Source: Candidatus Latescibacterota bacterium (lineage in GTDB: Bacteria; Latescibacterota; UBA2968). Taken from it: a stretch of 64,000 nucleotides of DNA. Positions 61,680-64,000 of the stretch are shown here, piece by piece. Below the pieces are notes generated by a model. It saw only the letters and a program-made list of their open reading frames with translations, was not told the origin of the DNA and ran no database searches. A program made the translations under genes and the position numbers. The stretch is from contig OZ240241.1 of the NCBI GenBank assembly GCA_965198115.1, positions 1,888,001 through 1,952,000 of the forward strand. Reading direction: 5' to 3'. The stretch's first letter is position 1, and the number at the start of each line of letters is the position of its first letter.

Positions 61680-62246
61680 TCAAACGACGGCTGTCTTACC
61701 CTGTTTGCGGCGGACATACTCGTCGGCGTAGCGAATTCCCTTGCCCTTGTAGGGCTCCGGGGGTCGCACCTTTCTCACCTCGGCTGCCGTCCGACCCACG
61801 AGCTCCTTGCTCGCCCCTTTTACCACCACGGTGGCCTGCGCCCCTTCGGGCTCCGGGGGGGGCTGATCGATGGAAAACTCGATGCCGGCCGGCGGGGGGA
61901 CCGAGACGATGTGACTGAAACCCACCTGCAAGTCGAGATTCTTGCCTTTCAGGTCGGCGCGGTATCCGATGCCAACGACAACCAGCCGCTTTTCGAAACC
62001 CTTGGTGACACCTTCGACGGCATTCGCGAGCAGCGCCCGCGTCAGCCCCCACACGGCCTTGCTGCGCTGATCGCTCTCATCTTCGACCGCGACCCGCAGC
62101 TCATCACCTGCTTGAGTCACCGCGGTGAGCTCGTTCACCAGCACGTCAAGGGTGCCGTTCGGACCTTTGACCGTGGCCAGACCCCCGTTGACGCGAACGT
62201 CGACGCCACTCGGAATCGGGATGGGCTGTTTGCCGATGCGTGACAC
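61680..62246 (-). CDS. rplF: 50S ribosomal protein L6
   Basis: MSRIGKQPI, GIGYRA, RPPEPYKGKGIRY. Confidence 0.98.
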   Translation of the reverse strand: MSRIGKQPIPIPSGVDVRVNGGLATVKGPNGTLDVLVNELTAVTQAGDELRVAVEDESDQRSKAVWGLTRALLANAVEGVTKGFEKRLVVVGIGYRADLKGKNLDLQVGFSHIVSVPPPAGIEFSIDQPPPEPEGAQATVVVKGASKELVGRTAAEVRKVRPPEPYKGKGIRYADEYVRRKQGKTAVV

Positions 62247-62264
62247 GATGATGGCTCCTTCAGC

Positions 62265-62660
62265 CTACCAGATACTGCAAAGCACTTCGCCGCCGACACC
62301 TGCCTCGCGGGCTTCGTCGTCGCACAAGATACCCGACGGCGTCGACACAATGGCCAGACCCAACCCGTTGAGGACACGCGGGATGTCCTTCTTCTTCACA
62401 TATCTTCGCAACCCGGGACGACTCAGTCGCTTCATCCCCTGGATGGCGCTCACCTCTTCCTCCGTGTACTTCAGGTAGAGGCGCAGGTACCCCTGCCGGT
62501 TGTCCTCGACGTGGGCAAAGTTGTGAATGAACCCGCGCTCCTTCAGGATGCGTGCGATTTCCCGCTTCACCCTCGAACTGGGAATATCGACTTTGCGGTG
62601 ACACGCCATGGTGGCGTTACGCACCCGCGTAAGCATATCCGCGATGGGGTCTGTCATCAT
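62265..62660 (-). CDS. rpsH: 30S ribosomal protein S8
   Basis: TDPIADMLTR.RN, SRPGLRRY, GVGGEV. Confidence 0.99.
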   Translation of the reverse strand: MMTDPIADMLTRVRNATMACHRKVDIPSSRVKREIARILKERGFIHNFAHVEDNRQGYLRLYLKYTEEEVSAIQGMKRLSRPGLRRYVKKKDIPRVLNGLGLAIVSTPSGILCDDEAREAGVGGEVLCSIW

Positions 62661-62684
62661 AAGTCGGTTTGTCCTAAGCTTGGG

Positions 62685-62870
62685 CTACCAGCTGGCTTTC
62701 GTCACACCCGGGATTTCGCCCTCGAGCGCCATTTCGCGAAAACAGATGCGACAGACACCGAAGCGGCGGAGAAACGCCCGTGGGCGACCGCACCGTGTGC
62801 AGCGGTTGTAGGCTCGCACCTTGAATTTGGGCTTGCGGTTGGCTCTGGCGATGATCGATTTCTTGGCCAC
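62685..62870 (-). CDS. rpsN: 30S ribosomal protein S14, type Z
   Basis: [18 protein letters not shown], 61 aa. Confidence 0.98.
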   Translation of the reverse strand: MAKKSIIARANRKPKFKVRAYNRCTRCGRPRAFLRRFGVCRICFREMALEGEIPGVTKASW

Positions 62871-62893
62871 AAACGGTCCTTTCGTCCTTTGCC

Positions 62894-63448
62894 TCAGGCA
62901 GCCTGGGGGCGCTCGAATGGCATGCCGAGCCCCTGTAACAGCTCGAGCGCCTCTTCGTCGGTTTCGGCGGTCGTCACGATCGTGATGTCCAGACCACGGA
63001 CTTCGTCGATCCTGTCATAGTCGATCTCGGGAAAGATGATCTGTTCGCGCACGCCCATCGTGTAATTCCCGCGCCCATCGAAAGACCGGGTCGTCAGACC
63101 GCGGAAATCGCGAATGCGGGGAATGGCGAACGAAAAGAACCGGTCCATGAACTCCCACATGCGTTCCCGTCGCAGCGTGACCGCGCACCCTACGGGCATC
63201 CCTTCGCGAAGCTTGAAGTTGGACACCGACCGCTTCGCGCGGCGAATCGTCGGCCTCTGCCCCGCGATCACCGAAAGATCTTCGACCGCGCTTTCGATCG
63301 ATTTCGGATTCTGCACTGCACCACCGACGCCCATGTTCAAAACGACCTTTTCCACACGGGGCACTTGCATCAGGTTCGAGTATCCGAATCGACTTCGGAG
63401 CGCCTCGACGACTTCCTTTTCGTAATGTTCTCGCAGCCTGGTCGCCAT
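62894..63448 (-). CDS. rplE: 50S ribosomal protein L5
   Basis: [20 protein letters not shown]. Confidence 0.99.
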   Translation of the reverse strand: MATRLREHYEKEVVEALRSRFGYSNLMQVPRVEKVVLNMGVGGAVQNPKSIESAVEDLSVIAGQRPTIRRAKRSVSNFKLREGMPVGCAVTLRRERMWEFMDRFFSFAIPRIRDFRGLTTRSFDGRGNYTMGVREQIIFPEIDYDRIDEVRGLDITIVTTAETDEEALELLQGLGMPFERPQAA

Positions 63449-63460
63449 GGTCGATCTCCG

Positions 63461-63784
63461 CTATGCGTCCGGGATCTGCTCGCCGCTTCGCGAGGCAACC
63501 CGAACCTTCGTGCCGTCTTCCAGAATCCGACGCCCAACGCGCGTGCGTTCACCACTCTGTGGATCCACGAGCATCAGCTTCGACAGATGCACCGCGCCTT
63601 CCTTCTCCACGATTCCGCCCTGCTGGTTGTGCTGGCTCGGCCGTTCGTGACGCTTGACGAAGTGGATTCCCTCTACGATCGCGCGTTCCCTTTCGGGAAT
63701 CACCTGGAGAACGGTGCCGCGCTTGCCGGCATCGACACCGCTGATCACTTCGACCGTGTCGCCTTTCCTGACTCTCGACTTCAA
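63461..63784 (-). CDS. rplX: 50S ribosomal protein L24
   Basis: KGDTVEVISG.D.GK.G KOW motif, GGIVEKE. Confidence 0.98.
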   Translation of the reverse strand: MKSRVRKGDTVEVISGVDAGKRGTVLQVIPERERAIVEGIHFVKRHERPSQHNQQGGIVEKEGAVHLSKLMLVDPQSGERTRVGRRILEDGTKVRVASRSGEQIPDA

Positions 63785-63795
63785 GACGTTTCCTC

Positions 63796-64000
63796 TCAGA
63801 TTACTTCGGGGGCGAGTGAAACGATTCGCATAAATCTCTTCTCTCGCAGCTCCCGCGCCACCGGCCCGAAAATCCGCGTGCCTCGCGGCTCGCCTTCGGG
63901 GCTGATTAGAACCGCGGCGTTGTCATCGAACCGAACATACGAGCCGTCGGCTCGGCGAACTTCCTTCTTCGTCCGAACAACGATCGCGCGGGCCACTTCG
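63796..64000 (-). CDS. rplN: 50S ribosomal protein L14 (5' end outside the window)
   Basis: [26 protein letters not shown]. Confidence 0.98.
   Translation of the reverse strand, partial: EVARAIVVRTKKEVRRADGSYVRFDDNAAVLISPEGEPRGTRIFGPVARELREKRFMRIVSLAPEVI

Overview
GC-rich bacterial chromosomal window. The DUF6785-like membrane protein, the many sugar-acid oxidoreductases and the FCB-style gene order suggest a Latescibacterota-like diderm, but this is inference only. Contents: (i) 1-13 kb and 25-43 kb, accessory metabolic genes (Ldh_2 oxidoreductases, HpcH aldolase, SDRs, hydrolases, a heterodimeric ABC exporter, DASS transporter, S9 peptidase) separated by short periodic-repeat hairpins; (ii) 13-25 kb, housekeeping block (rnhB fused to YraN, hisS, aspS, small lipoprotein + LysM protein, phoH-pgpH-ybeY-corC, tRNA-fMet); (iii) a eukaryote-type large purL; (iv) a dapA-like/galE-galT/galK operon in which galE and galT are fused in frame and galK carries an internal ~100-bp inversion; (v) greA with a leader terminator, rlmD, a GHL10 hydrolase and the alpha/spc ribosomal protein operons (rplQ to rplN), with no adk/map/infA between secY and rpmJ. 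Several 1-2 nt frameshifts between 39.9 and 51.5 kb look like sequencing or assembly indels, so the unusual structures there need read-level confirmation. I found no CRISPR array, rRNA, integrase or transposase.
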